Assembly: GCA_049517415.1 (NCBI GenBank)
Contig: JBEKSC010000025.1
Location: 1-44,167, forward strand
DNA: 44,167 nucleotides
Source of the DNA: Candidatus Bathyarchaeia archaeon
Lineage (GTDB): Archaea > Thermoproteota > Bathyarchaeia > 40CM-2-53-6
Direction of reading: 5' to 3'
The position numbers and the translations under genes were made by a program. How positions within the stretch are numbered: the stretch's first letter is position 1; the number at the start of each line of letters is the position of its first letter. Below, in pieces: positions 1 through 9,590 of the stretch. The notes beneath the pieces were generated by a model. That model did no database searches. It was not told the DNA's origin and worked only from the letters and a program-made list of their open reading frames with translations.

Positions 1-1
1 T

Positions 2-463
2 CTCGGTGTCGGGTCAACTGCCCCGAACTTTACCCTTCAAGACGTAGCAGGGAGGACATTCACGTTATCTGACTTTCAGGGAAAGTCTAACGTCCTCTTA
101 TTCTTCAACGAAGGGTTAAGCTGCCAACCCTGCCTGCAGCAGATGCATGACCTTGACGAGTTAAGCGCGCAGTTTAGTGGCATGAACGTTCTGGCTGTCA
201 GCGTGACTGCAGACAGCGTTGACCAGCTGCGCGGTTGGATGGGAGCGGGTGGCCCGCAGTATGGTAAGGTGCTCTCCGATCCCGGGCTGGTCGCCTTCAA
301 CCTGTATCATCCGGTTGGTACTGGCGGCAGCATGATGACGCACACCTTCATACTGATCAACAAGGCCGGCATGGTGATCTGGAGGCAGGACTACGGACCC
401 GACACCATGTATGTCCAGAACACGGACATCTTGGCCGCCGTGACGAAAGCACTAGGGACGTAA
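2..463 (+). CDS. AhpC/TSA (peroxiredoxin/TlpA-like) redoxin, 5'-truncated by the window edge
   Basis: Frame is open from base 2: LGVGSTAPNFTLQDVAGRTFTLSDFQGKSNVLLFFNEGLSCQPCLQQM..., giving the APxFTL start and a CxxC (CQPC). The ORF-track start at 143 is internal. Confidence 0.85.
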   Translation, partial: LGVGSTAPNFTLQDVAGRTFTLSDFQGKSNVLLFFNEGLSCQPCLQQMHDLDELSAQFSGMNVLAVSVTADSVDQLRGWMGAGGPQYGKVLSDPGLVAFNLYHPVGTGGSMMTHTFILINKAGMVIWRQDYGPDTMYVQNTDILAAVTKALGT

Positions 464-470
464 TTGCGTA

Positions 471-737
471 ATGCCTACGATATGTTTCGTTACGAGTCTC
501 GGATGCACTCCGTGCCTACGCATCAAACACATCCTCAGCGAACTGCGGGCGGATATGCCGAATCTCACGGTTGAGGAAGTAGAGTTCACGTCCCCAGCTG
601 GAACCAAACTGGCAATGGAAAATGAAATTCTCTACCCGCCGGCTGTCTTCCTCAACGGCGTCATGATCGCGAAAGGCAAGATCGACGCTAACGCAATGGT
701 TCTGGAGATTCGTAAATCAAACGAGATTGGAACTTGA
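471..737 (+). CDS. Small thioredoxin/glutaredoxin-like protein
   Basis: CTPC active site, later cis-Pro region (YPPAVFLNG), 88 aa. Confidence 0.8.
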   Translation: MPTICFVTSLGCTPCLRIKHILSELRADMPNLTVEEVEFTSPAGTKLAMENEILYPPAVFLNGVMIAKGKIDANAMVLEIRKSNEIGT

Positions 738-1072
738 TGTCCTTACTACTTCTAGCGTACATTATTATCGCCTTTGTGGCGGGGGTAGTTGCTCTCGCTA
801 TGCCCTGCTGTTTCAGCGTCCTGATGTTCAGCACGATGGGAATCGTCACCGTTGCATTGGGCCTACTGGGGGAAATGATTCCAGCGCCCGGTTCTGTGCA
901 AATAGGAGTCTTGCAGGCCCAGCTCGCGCATCTTCTAACGGCTTACTTCGGGAATTCCTCTGGACTAGAATTAGTTGGAGTTCTTGGCGTAGCACTAATC
1001 CTCACTAGCGTTTTCGCTTTGAGAAACCACATCCGAAAACCCCTGGAACCCGCTAGAATCGAGGGGGACTAA
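737..1072 (+). CDS. Short CcdA/DsbD-like membrane protein (possibly internally deleted)
   Basis: AFVAGVVALAMPCCFSVL matches the CcdA first-helix PC motif, but the protein is only ~111 aa and has no second Cys motif. Confidence 0.5.
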   Translation: MSLLLLAYIIIAFVAGVVALAMPCCFSVLMFSTMGIVTVALGLLGEMIPAPGSVQIGVLQAQLAHLLTAYFGNSSGLELVGVLGVALILTSVFALRNHIRKPLEPARIEGD

Positions 1073-1076
1073 AGCG

Positions 1077-1334
1077 GTGAAATCAACCCCAGTGACCGAA
1101 CAAAAACGGATCGGGCGGGCAATCTTATCACTATCCAACTATGAAGGCGACGCACCAGCTCAAATCCTTCAGCGTACGCTGAAAAAGACATCTGGCATAA
1201 AGCATGTAGATCTCAATTATGCTGCTAACACACTAACTGTCTACTATGACCTAACCAAAATCACGATCGAAGGGGTAAGGGCAGTCATCAAGCAGCCACT
1301 GCTAGCTTGTCTTTCGAAACGCGGGAGGAAGTAG
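1077..1334 (+). CDS. HMA-fold (CopZ-like) protein lacking the CxxC motif
   Basis: [28 protein letters not shown] matches the HMA pattern; GMxCxxC is replaced by NYEGDAP; lies directly upstream of copA. Confidence 0.65.
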   Translation: MKSTPVTEQKRIGRAILSLSNYEGDAPAQILQRTLKKTSGIKHVDLNYAANTLTVYYDLTKITIEGVRAVIKQPLLACLSKRGRK

Positions 1335-1335
1335 A

Positions 1336-3414
1336 ATGGCCAAGGACCCGATTTGTGGCATGTTTGTGGATGAGAAAACTGCGACCATTACTCGCACGAT
1401 TCGGGGAACAAAATGGTATTTCTGCAGCGAAACCTGCGCCATGATATTCGAGAAACCAGAGACCGAAATCAGACGTCTGAAGCTCTTGGTGACAATTGGC
1501 ATTGCGCTCACAGTACCAATAGGTTTGTCCACATACGTTGTGCTTCTTCCATCTTACATCAACAATTATCTGCTCTTCATTTTGGAAACGCCAGTACAAT
1601 TCATCGTGGGCTGGCGCTTCTACAGGGGCGCGTACGACGCTCTAAGAAATCGAATGGGCAACATGGATCTTCTAATTGCCATTGGTACGACTGCCGCTTG
1701 GGCATACAGTACCGTCGTCACTTTTCTCCCGTCAGTCTTTCCCACGAGCGGGGCATACTTCGATACCGCTGCAGTGATCATCACCTTGGTCCTACTCGGG
1801 AACATGTTGGAGCATATCAGTAAGGGAAGGGCTTCCGAGGCAGTTCGCAAACTCCTAGATCTACAGCCTAGGATGGCACACGTAATCCGCAATGGGGCTG
1901 AGGAGGAAGTCCCAGTAGAGTTTGTCAAAGTGAGCGATATTCTCGTTATCCGCCCTGGGGAAAGGATTCCGGTTGACGGGGTGGTGACTGAAGGCAGCTC
2001 TGCTGTCGATCAATCCCCTATTACCGGAGAAAGTATCCCCGTTGAAAAAACTGCGGGCGATGAAGTAATCGGAGCAACAATCAACACGTCCGGTCTTTTC
2101 AGAGTTCGCGCATCGAAGGTCGGGGCAGACACGGTACTATCAAAGATCGTTCAACTCGTCGAAGAAGCCCAGATGGCGCATGCGCCGATTCAACGCCTTG
2201 CCGACCAGGTTTCAACATACTTCGTGCCCGCAGTTATCTTAATCGCCACAGGGGCGGCGCTAGGCTGGTATTTCTTCGGTGGATTGGCGCTCAACTTCGC
2301 TTTATTGGCGTTTGTCTCAGTAATCGTCATCGCATGCCCGTGTGCACTAGGCATCGCTACTCCAGCCGCCATCCTTGTCGGAACAGCCAAAGGCGCTCAG
2401 AATGGGATTCTCATCAAAGGCGGTGAGTATCTAGAGACAGCCCATAAGCTACGAACAATTGTCTTTGACAAGACCGGCACTCTGACCAAGGGCAAACCGT
2501 CGGTAACCGACGTCATAGTCAACGGAAAGCACACGGAACGAGAAGTACTTCAGCTGGCCGCTTCAGCCGAGAAAGGGTCAGAGCATCCCCTCGGCCGAGC
2601 AGTCATAGAAGCTGCTGAGAAAAAGGGCATAAGCATACCTGACGCGACCTCGTTCAAAGCTGTACCAGGCGCGGGCGTAGTAGCAACGCACAATGGCAGA
2701 ACCATATTGCTGGGAAACAGAAAACTGATGGCAAGATTTGACATGAACCTCGCGCCAGTCGAATCAGACATATCTGCGCTTGAGGAAGAGGGGAAAACGG
2801 TCATGGTTCTATCCGACGGCCAAGAACCCCTTGGTGTCATCGGCCTTGCAGACACCCTCAAAGATGACGCTTCAGACACAGTCCGAGAATTGCAGCGAAT
2901 GAAGATTGAAGTTGTAATGTTAACAGGCGACAACGTCAGAACGGCCAAAGCCGTCGCTGGCAAACTGGGTATAGACAGGGTTGTGGCAGACGTTCTGCCA
3001 GAGCAGAAGGAGATGGTCATCAGAGAATTGCAAAAAGAAGGTAAGGTTGTGGCCATGGTTGGAGATGGAATCAACGACGCACCAGCTCTTGCAGCGTCCA
3101 ACATTGGAATTGCCATCGGAAGCGGAACAGATGTCGCCGTCGAGACAGGGGGCATTGTTCTGATCGGAAACAGCCTACGAGACGTAGTAACCGCCATCAA
3201 ACTCAGTAAGGCAACTGTCCGCAAGATCAAGCAGAACCTGTTCTGGGCATTCTGCTACAACGTTGCACTCATCCCCATCGCTGCAGGTGCACTCGTGCCA
3301 TTCCTCGGACCTAGTGTCTACAATTTCCTTCCATTCCTAGCTGCCGGAGCGATGGCTTCAAGTTCAGTTACTGTCGTCAGCAACTCCCTTCTGCTGAACA
3401 GGTTCAAGGCCTGA
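1336..3414 (+). CDS. copA: Cu(I)-exporting P1B-1 ATPase with N-terminal YHS/TRASH domain
   Basis: DPICGM...YFCSETC (YHS), TGES, CPC, DKTGT, SEHP, GDGIND, YN and MxxSS motifs. Confidence 0.95.
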   Translation: MAKDPICGMFVDEKTATITRTIRGTKWYFCSETCAMIFEKPETEIRRLKLLVTIGIALTVPIGLSTYVVLLPSYINNYLLFILETPVQFIVGWRFYRGAYDALRNRMGNMDLLIAIGTTAAWAYSTVVTFLPSVFPTSGAYFDTAAVIITLVLLGNMLEHISKGRASEAVRKLLDLQPRMAHVIRNGAEEEVPVEFVKVSDILVIRPGERIPVDGVVTEGSSAVDQSPITGESIPVEKTAGDEVIGATINTSGLFRVRASKVGADTVLSKIVQLVEEAQMAHAPIQRLADQVSTYFVPAVILIATGAALGWYFFGGLALNFALLAFVSVIVIACPCALGIATPAAILVGTAKGAQNGILIKGGEYLETAHKLRTIVFDKTGTLTKGKPSVTDVIVNGKHTEREVLQLAASAEKGSEHPLGRAVIEAAEKKGISIPDATSFKAVPGAGVVATHNGRTILLGNRKLMARFDMNLAPVESDISALEEEGKTVMVLSDGQEPLGVIGLADTLKDDASDTVRELQRMKIEVVMLTGDNVRTAKAVAGKLGIDRVVADVLPEQKEMVIRELQKEGKVVAMVGDGINDAPALAASNIGIAIGSGTDVAVETGGIVLIGNSLRDVVTAIKLSKATVRKIKQNLFWAFCYNVALIPIAAGALVPFLGPSVYNFLPFLAAGAMASSSVTVVSNSLLLNRFKA

Positions 3415-3446
3415 TTCAGCTTCGACGAGAAAGCTGCAGAACAGCG

Positions 3447-4415
3447 TCATGGGAACTTTGGACTTAAAGATCCGTGTGGGCAGGCGTCGATGCATTCCAT
3501 GCACATGATGCATTCGGGGTCGTTGAATTTCTCCCACGACAAATCAAGTATGTTGATTTGCATCGGGCATTTGATTTCGCAGTGGGGGCATTTCATACAT
3601 TTTACTGGGTCTCTCTTGATTCCTGCTAAACTGTATTTCTGAAAGATCGCCATCATTGCTCCTGTCGGACAGGCGTAGCGGCACCAGAACCTGGGAATTT
3701 TCCACGCCGCGCCGAAAAACGCCACCAAGATTAGTATTCGAAGCGCAAGTAATGGCGGAACTTGAGTCAAATAGTACCAAACCTGTTGAATCGTCGGCGG
3801 CCTCGTCAATAGCGATGCGAAGTTATCGCGAGCCAAACCAACCAATGCAGGAATTACTCCGAACAGCGTGCCGTCCGGAGATATCGCGATGAACGGACCT
3901 GAAGCAAGTGCACCAAGTGCAGTTTTGTAGTCGGCTCCAACGCCGAGGTAAAGCGCAAGCCCCAAACTGCCGCTGATCAAGAGGGTTCCGAAGAACAGTA
4001 CGTACTTCAGCCTCTTTGCGCTATCATGGGTTCGCGGCGAAATGAAATCAAGCCGTCCCTTCAAGTTCGTTATGACGTCCTGAACGAACCCAACTGGGCA
4101 AACCCAACCACAAAATGCACGGCCTACGACGGCGCCTATCAAAAACACGGTTCCTAGAACTAGCCAGGGAAATTCGGGTTGTGCCAGCTCAACCTGGATG
4201 AGGTCAAATGAACTGTACACCGCCGAAAAGGGAGAGTTGACACTAGCCAAGATCGGCAGGCCGAAAGGGATAGCCTGCAATTTCAGGCTTGGGAAAATTT
4301 CGGTGAAAGCAATTGCGTTGACCGCGATTAGAGAAAGTAGCTGAACAATCATGCGTGGGAGGGTCCATTTGAATTTGAACCTTCTCAGGTCTTGCTCAGG
4401 TTCCGTTTGCGACAA
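3447..4415 (-). CDS. NapH/MauN-family membrane 4Fe-4S protein
   Basis: CGWVCP and CRYACP motifs, two ferredoxin motifs (CMKCPHCEIKCP, CIMCMECIDACP), several TM helices. In-frame TTG at 4415 preferred over 4496, which overlaps the upstream small gene. Confidence 0.85.
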   Translation of the reverse strand: MSQTEPEQDLRRFKFKWTLPRMIVQLLSLIAVNAIAFTEIFPSLKLQAIPFGLPILASVNSPFSAVYSSFDLIQVELAQPEFPWLVLGTVFLIGAVVGRAFCGWVCPVGFVQDVITNLKGRLDFISPRTHDSAKRLKYVLFFGTLLISGSLGLALYLGVGADYKTALGALASGPFIAISPDGTLFGVIPALVGLARDNFASLLTRPPTIQQVWYYLTQVPPLLALRILILVAFFGAAWKIPRFWCRYACPTGAMMAIFQKYSLAGIKRDPVKCMKCPHCEIKCPMQINILDLSWEKFNDPECIMCMECIDACPHGSLSPKFP

Positions 4416-4425
4416 GAATGAAGCC

Positions 4426-4551
4426 TCATGGGAAAAGGAAAACATACCTTTGCAAGATGTCTGCAAGCATCTTGTATTCATTGATGTAAAGTCCAATCAT
4501 CAAAGCCGTCAATCCCAATAGCACAGTAAATGCGGCAGCAGTGCGCTTCAA
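4426..4551 (-). CDS. 41-aa single-TM small protein upstream of the NapH-like gene
   Basis: TTG at 4551 gives MKRTAAAFTVLLGLTALMIGLYINEYKMLADILQRYVFLFP; BRE/TATA-like element ~55 nt upstream; stop lies 10 nt before the NapH-like start. Confidence 0.55.
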   Translation of the reverse strand: MKRTAAAFTVLLGLTALMIGLYINEYKMLADILQRYVFLFP

Positions 4552-4603
4552 AGACCCACTTCTCGACCTTGCAACAGATTTTAGTAGCGTTGAAACTCGC
4601 CTG

Positions 4604-4618
4604 TAAATAACCCTTTCC
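4604..4618 (-). promoter_or_regulatory. BRE/TATA-like promoter for the small TM gene and NapH-like gene
   Basis: Minus strand GGAAAGGGTTATTTA; same form as the element upstream of nuoN. Confidence 0.45.
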
Positions 4619-4709
4619 GACCTTCGACAAAAACGAACATTTGCGAAGTCAGCACGGTTCTTATTGCTCAACAAACCATTGGGAAACGATTCCCGAAGGC
4701 GATCAACAA

Positions 4710-6065
4710 TTGTTTCCAGAAGATAATGCGCTTGCAACCGATCTGTATGAGCTGACCATGGCAGCCGCCTATTTTGAAACTCATGAAGACGCTAAAGCCA
4801 CGTTCGAACTATTCGTAAGGAGCTTCCCGAAGAATCGCTCATATCTTATTGCAGCGGGCCTAGAACAAGCCGTAGAGTATCTGAGACGATTACGATTTAG
4901 AGACGAACATATCAGGTATCTGAAAAAAGACCCGAATTTCAAGAACGTGAGCAGCCGTTTCTTCCGATATCTTAAGAGGCTAAGATTCACCGGCGACGTG
5001 TACGCGATTCCAGAAGGAACAGTGTTTTTCACGAATGAACCGATTTTGCGGGTTACTGCGCCAATCATTGAAGCCCAAATCGTAGAGACGTACCTGCTGT
5101 CCACCATCAACTTTCAAACTTTGATTGCGACCAAAGCCTCGAGAGTTGTCCAAAGCGCAAGAGGAAGGGGAGTTGTCGAATTTGGGGGCCGGCGCGCGCA
5201 TGGCCCAGAGGCTGCGCTATTGGCGGCCAGAGCTAGTTACATAGGAGGTTGTATAGGCACATCCAACGTCTTAGCGGGATATTTGTACGGCATTCCCACT
5301 TATGGTACGATGGCTCATTCATTTGTAATGAACTATGATTCTGAGCGGGAGGCCTTTGAAAAGTTCTGCCGGGTCTTTCCTTCCAATCCCGCTCTTCTGC
5401 TTGATACATATGATACGATTGAAGGAGCGAAAATCGCTACTTCCATGAAGGTTGCCCCGTCCCTGGTTAGGCTCGATAGCGGTGACCGCTACGATCTAAG
5501 CTCAAGAGTTCGAAGGATCCTGGACGAGGCCGGCCTCAAGAAAACCAAGATATTCGTCAGCGGCGACCTCAACGAATTCGTATTAGACGAGTTAACTTCC
5601 AAAGGAGCACCGATTGACGGTTTCGGGGTAGGAACTGAGCTCGTGACATCCCGCGACGACCCTGCCCTGCCGGGAATATACAAGATTGTTGCCACGGAAA
5701 GGAATGGAAAGATAAGTTATCGCGTCAAGACAAGTGAGGATAAGCGAACGATACCTGGAATCAAACAGGTATACAGAACGTATTCAAAAGCGGGGGAAAT
5801 TGAAGGTGACAGCATAGCGCTCGACGATGAACCTCCCCCCATCGGGGCTGAGCCACTCTCGACTAGGATCATTCACCATGGGAAATTAGTTTACAGGCTT
5901 CCGAGGATCGATAGAATCCGTGACAGAACAATTAAGGAAGTTGCCCGGCTACCGGTAAAGTACAAGAATCTCCGAACTTCCGCGGAAGCTCCGGTAAAAC
6001 TGAGCCAGAAGCTTGAGAAACTAAGCGAGTCTTTGTGGAACAACCCAAACAAAGCACCGGCCTAG
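4710..6065 (+). CDS. pncB: Nicotinate phosphoribosyltransferase
   Basis: TDLYELTM, EFGGRRAH, GTMAHS (phospho-His), LLDTYD, VRLDSGD, DGFGVGT. Likely TTG start at 4710. Confidence 0.93.
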   Translation: MFPEDNALATDLYELTMAAAYFETHEDAKATFELFVRSFPKNRSYLIAAGLEQAVEYLRRLRFRDEHIRYLKKDPNFKNVSSRFFRYLKRLRFTGDVYAIPEGTVFFTNEPILRVTAPIIEAQIVETYLLSTINFQTLIATKASRVVQSARGRGVVEFGGRRAHGPEAALLAARASYIGGCIGTSNVLAGYLYGIPTYGTMAHSFVMNYDSEREAFEKFCRVFPSNPALLLDTYDTIEGAKIATSMKVAPSLVRLDSGDRYDLSSRVRRILDEAGLKKTKIFVSGDLNEFVLDELTSKGAPIDGFGVGTELVTSRDDPALPGIYKIVATERNGKISYRVKTSEDKRTIPGIKQVYRTYSKAGEIEGDSIALDDEPPPIGAEPLSTRIIHHGKLVYRLPRIDRIRDRTIKEVARLPVKYKNLRTSAEAPVKLSQKLEKLSESLWNNPNKAPA

Positions 6066-6300
6066 GTTTCGTGTAACAAGTCCTTTCCCGAAAACCCTGA
6101 AAGAAACCTTAAATTGAATCATCTTTTGTTACTCGCACAAATGTTTGAGAGCGAAAAAAACATCGGTGAGATTAATGACCCCAAGGATTCAGCGACTCGC
6201 TTTAAAGCAAAGAGTAATCTCGCACACGCATCGAAATTACACGAGCGCTTGCCTCTCGTGCTCTGATCTTGCGAATTGCTGTGGAAGCACGCCTTCTACA

Positions 6301-6855
6301 ATGCTTGAAACCGAATTCGATGGGGCTTCACCTACAAAGAAAAAGGGCCTCTCGAGGCGTAACGCCCTGAAAATCATGGGCGGCGTTTCAGCGGCCCTCG
6401 CGCTGGCACCCTTCGCAGCTGGGGGTTCATACCTCATCCCCACAGTGTCCACAAAATTCAGCCCGGTCCTGATCGCGAAAAAGGAAGACGTGGCTGTTAA
6501 TGATTCAACGATTTTTTGGTTTCCGTTCACAACAGACCCAACCTACACAAACATGTTGATCCATCTTCCACCGGACCTGGCCTCGGAAGCGGGGCAAGAG
6601 TTCGTGGCTTACAATCGAACTTGCATACACCTCCAATGTCTCGTCTCATATCTTTCAAATTCTGAAATCATCGGGTGCCCATGCCACGGAAGCGAGTACA
6701 GGCCCACAGACGGGTGGCCAGTTGCAGGCCCAGCCGCACAAATCGGCCGCTACTTGCCCAGCGTAAAATTACGAATAGATGACGACAGTATTTACGCCGA
6801 ATCCGTAGACTTGGATTTGATTGGATATGGCAGCAACACGCCCCCCTCCCAATGA
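6301..6855 (+). CDS. petC: Rieske [2Fe-2S] subunit of a Rieske/cytochrome b complex
   Basis: Tat motif SRRNALK plus TM helix; box I CIHLQC and box II CPCHGSEY. ATG at 6301 preferred. Confidence 0.92.
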   Translation: MLETEFDGASPTKKKGLSRRNALKIMGGVSAALALAPFAAGGSYLIPTVSTKFSPVLIAKKEDVAVNDSTIFWFPFTTDPTYTNMLIHLPPDLASEAGQEFVAYNRTCIHLQCLVSYLSNSEIIGCPCHGSEYRPTDGWPVAGPAAQIGRYLPSVKLRIDDDSIYAESVDLDLIGYGSNTPPSQ

Positions 6856-8209
6856 AGAGAAGAACCCCATCCAGCTCCTGATCGACTGGTTGAACCAGCG
6901 ACTTGAGCGAACAATATTCATGGGGCTTAAGTTCACACTTCCCAAGAAATTCGTAAGCCCTCTAGGATTCTTGGGCTTCTTGACCTTCACAACATTTGCT
7001 TTGCTCGGCATTTCCGGAGCGTTACTCATGCTATACTACAGCCCAACTGTCATCTTCAACACAGCAACTGGCGCGGTCACATCACCCTTCGACAGCGTAC
7101 AGAACATCAACAACGTTGTACCCTTCGGCTCAGCGCTGCGTAACATTCACTACCACGCCTCAAACGCCATGGTGCTTCTAGCTGTCGCCCATATGTTCTA
7201 CCAGTATTTCTCAGGCCGATACAAGCTGCGATATGAAGTCCTCTGGGTGACCGGAATCATCATCGGCATACTCACAATAATTGAAGCCTACACTGGCTAT
7301 GACCTTCTGCTAAACGTACGTGGCATGCTTGCCATCAACATTGGCAGAGCACTAGCCCGAAGCACCCCATTCATGGGGCCGATGGCATTTCGACTCATGG
7401 CCGGCACCGGACTTGCCGACCTAATCCTGAGGTTCTACGCTGTTCACGTGTTCATCTTCCCAATGCTAATGATTCTGATAATGATGGTTCACTTCCCACG
7501 GTACATGGTCCTTGACATTCCAGTTGTCTCGATGGTTGCCGGGGCCATAATGGTCATAGGAGGTCTGTTTCCGGTTGAGTTGGGAGCGAAGTTCATTCCC
7601 ACAGCTGAAGCTGGCATTACGATGCCCGAATGGTACCTTACGGGCATGTATGCAATCATACGGACTGGAATAGATCGGTTCACCGCGGGCGTAATCATAC
7701 CAATGATTTTTGTCATCGTCTTCTTGGTTGTTCCATTCATTGACACGAGTAGGAAACTGTTTGTCCGCGACCGTCCCTTCTATACCGCGATGGGTGTCGC
7801 TGGGCTGGCTCAACTCGCCCTCACAACTGTTTGGGGTTTTAGGGCGAACAACATCTTCTTACCGCTCGACAGCATTCCCCAACTTGAGATCGACCCCTTC
7901 GTTTTCTTTGGCTCAGTAATTTTCATCGGTGCCGCCGCATACGCCTTGATCTATTTGTGGTTGAAGGCCACAGCGCCGCCGCCTGGCGCGCGACCCATGC
8001 ACGCACGGAAACAGTTCCCAATCTACAAACTTACTCAGAACGAATGGCGAGCCGTTGTGCTCTCCCTGCTTGGGTTCCAAGTACTCTTCGACATATACTC
8101 GTTCCAAGCATTTCTAGCAAGTTTCAAGAACGTGGTTCTTTTGCAGATCGGCGTAGGGTTAATTGCATTTGGAATACTTGTCCATCTTTACCGAATTGGG
8201 GCGGAATAA
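6827..8209 (+). CDS. petB: Cytochrome b (fused b6 + subunit IV type, extra C-terminal TMs)
   Basis: Four heme His (RNIHYH...AHMF; AVHVF...VHFP), YTGY and PEWY Qo-site motif. Confidence 0.93.
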   Translation: MAATRPPPNEEKNPIQLLIDWLNQRLERTIFMGLKFTLPKKFVSPLGFLGFLTFTTFALLGISGALLMLYYSPTVIFNTATGAVTSPFDSVQNINNVVPFGSALRNIHYHASNAMVLLAVAHMFYQYFSGRYKLRYEVLWVTGIIIGILTIIEAYTGYDLLLNVRGMLAINIGRALARSTPFMGPMAFRLMAGTGLADLILRFYAVHVFIFPMLMILIMMVHFPRYMVLDIPVVSMVAGAIMVIGGLFPVELGAKFIPTAEAGITMPEWYLTGMYAIIRTGIDRFTAGVIIPMIFVIVFLVVPFIDTSRKLFVRDRPFYTAMGVAGLAQLALTTVWGFRANNIFLPLDSIPQLEIDPFVFFGSVIFIGAAAYALIYLWLKATAPPPGARPMHARKQFPIYKLTQNEWRAVVLSLLGFQVLFDIYSFQAFLASFKNVVLLQIGVGLIAFGILVHLYRIGAE

Positions 8210-8229
8210 CGGCAGGGAGCTTGTCTCAA

Positions 8230-8688
8230 ATGTCTCAAGAGCAAACTGTTCATGGGCCTTGGGTAGGAGCCACAGCTATACTCCTACTGCTGCTCATGGG
8301 CACTGGCATGTTCTACTACCAGTACTACGTGCTACCGGCACAGGCGGGTCCGCCACACGTACCCCAGAATATCACAATCAATATTGTCGCCGAACAATGG
8401 GCCTTCATGGTAAACGGCACAATTGACACTCAAACTTTTCCAATAGTTGTCCACGTCGGAGATAACGTCACATTCCATGTCCATGGCATATGGCAACAGG
8501 ATCCTTCGTTTAGCGAACATGGATTCTTCATTCAGGGAATCATGGATACTCCGATGACGGTGGCTAAAGGCCACGACATTACGGTCACAATCGTTCCGAC
8601 GCAACCGGGAGAATATACGATTATTTGCACAATCTTCTGCGGTGCAGGTCACGGAAATATGCATGGGCTCCTAGATGTTCTTCCCTAG
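8230..8688 (+). CDS. Membrane-anchored CuA cupredoxin (heme-copper oxidase subunit II-like)
   Basis: One N-terminal TM, QWAF, HGF and CTIFCGAGHGNM (H...CxxxCxxxHxxM CuA ligand set). Confidence 0.88.
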   Translation: MSQEQTVHGPWVGATAILLLLLMGTGMFYYQYYVLPAQAGPPHVPQNITINIVAEQWAFMVNGTIDTQTFPIVVHVGDNVTFHVHGIWQQDPSFSEHGFFIQGIMDTPMTVAKGHDITVTIVPTQPGEYTIICTIFCGAGHGNMHGLLDVLP

Positions 8689-8700
8689 GAGCACAAAGGA

Positions 8701-9588
8701 TTGCAAGTAACCATAACACAGAAAGTCAGAAATTACTTTGAAGTTACAAAACCGCCTATAGTCTTCCTGCTCGTCTTCACCTCCATCGCCACAATGATCA
8801 TTGCTTGGAAGCAGACCCTCCAACCCCTGACCCCTGCCTTACTGACCGTGGCCACTGTTGCGATAGCCGCCGCGAGTGCGGGTTGCGACACCCTCACCTC
8901 ATACCTTGACAGGGACATTGATGCCATAATGCACCGCACGAGGCATCGCCCGATTCCAAGTGGTCGAATCTCGCCAAGGAACGCCCTTCTCTGGGGCCTA
9001 TTTCTAGCAGCAATCGGGCTCGTACTGGCCTACTCGATCAACCCGTTATCTTTCCTTTGGATCGCGCTTGGGGTGCTCGACAACGTGGTCGTCTACAGCT
9101 TGTTATTGAAACGCAGAAATCCTCTCAACATCATTCTGGGCGGCGTGAGCGGGGGATTGCCCGTAATGTTTGGTTGGAGTGCCGTCACCAATGGGACGGA
9201 ACTACTTCCGGTTCTGCTTGCTGCATTGGTAGTTCTATGGATTCCCGGCCATATTTGGAGCTTAGCGATATTCACGAAGGCCGATTACAAACGGGCCCGT
9301 ATTCCCATGCTGCCGGTGGTCACGAAGCTTCGGACCGCGTTAAGATGTATCGTATCAACCGTTGTGCTGATGATTCCCTTCTCACTATGGATTTGGGTTG
9401 TGGGCCGGTTTGGCTGGCTCTACTTGGCCGTCGCAACGGTTTTTGGGCTCTGGGTACTCTACATCAATGCCCAGTTGTTTCTTCATCCAAACAACAAAAT
9501 GGCTTACAAGGCGTTCAAAATTTCAAGTCCTTACCTGTTTACGCTATTCTTTGCAATGATAATTGACAGCTTCATCCATGCCATTTAG
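8701..9588 (+). CDS. ctaB: Heme O synthase (protoheme IX prenyltransferase)
   Basis: DRDIDAIMHRTRHRPIPSG, LKRRNPLNI, WIPGHIWSLA, DYKRARIPMLP. Confidence 0.95.
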   Translation: MQVTITQKVRNYFEVTKPPIVFLLVFTSIATMIIAWKQTLQPLTPALLTVATVAIAAASAGCDTLTSYLDRDIDAIMHRTRHRPIPSGRISPRNALLWGLFLAAIGLVLAYSINPLSFLWIALGVLDNVVVYSLLLKRRNPLNIILGGVSGGLPVMFGWSAVTNGTELLPVLLAALVVLWIPGHIWSLAIFTKADYKRARIPMLPVVTKLRTALRCIVSTVVLMIPFSLWIWVVGRFGWLYLAVATVFGLWVLYINAQLFLHPNNKMAYKAFKISSPYLFTLFFAMIIDSFIHAI

Positions 9589-9590
9589 GG

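Noticed and set aside
4552..4737. Upstream extensions of the 103-aa minus ORF and of pncB
   Set aside because: They overlap each other, and the minus-strand extension runs through a TATA-like element; downstream TTG starts are more plausible.
6145..6300. Cys-containing N-terminal extension of the Rieske ORF
   Set aside because: It would place the Tat motif ~70 aa from the start; ATG 6301 fits better.
7957..8229. Long N-terminal extension of the CuA ORF
   Set aside because: Overlaps the cytochrome b C-terminus; the real start is at about 8221-8230.
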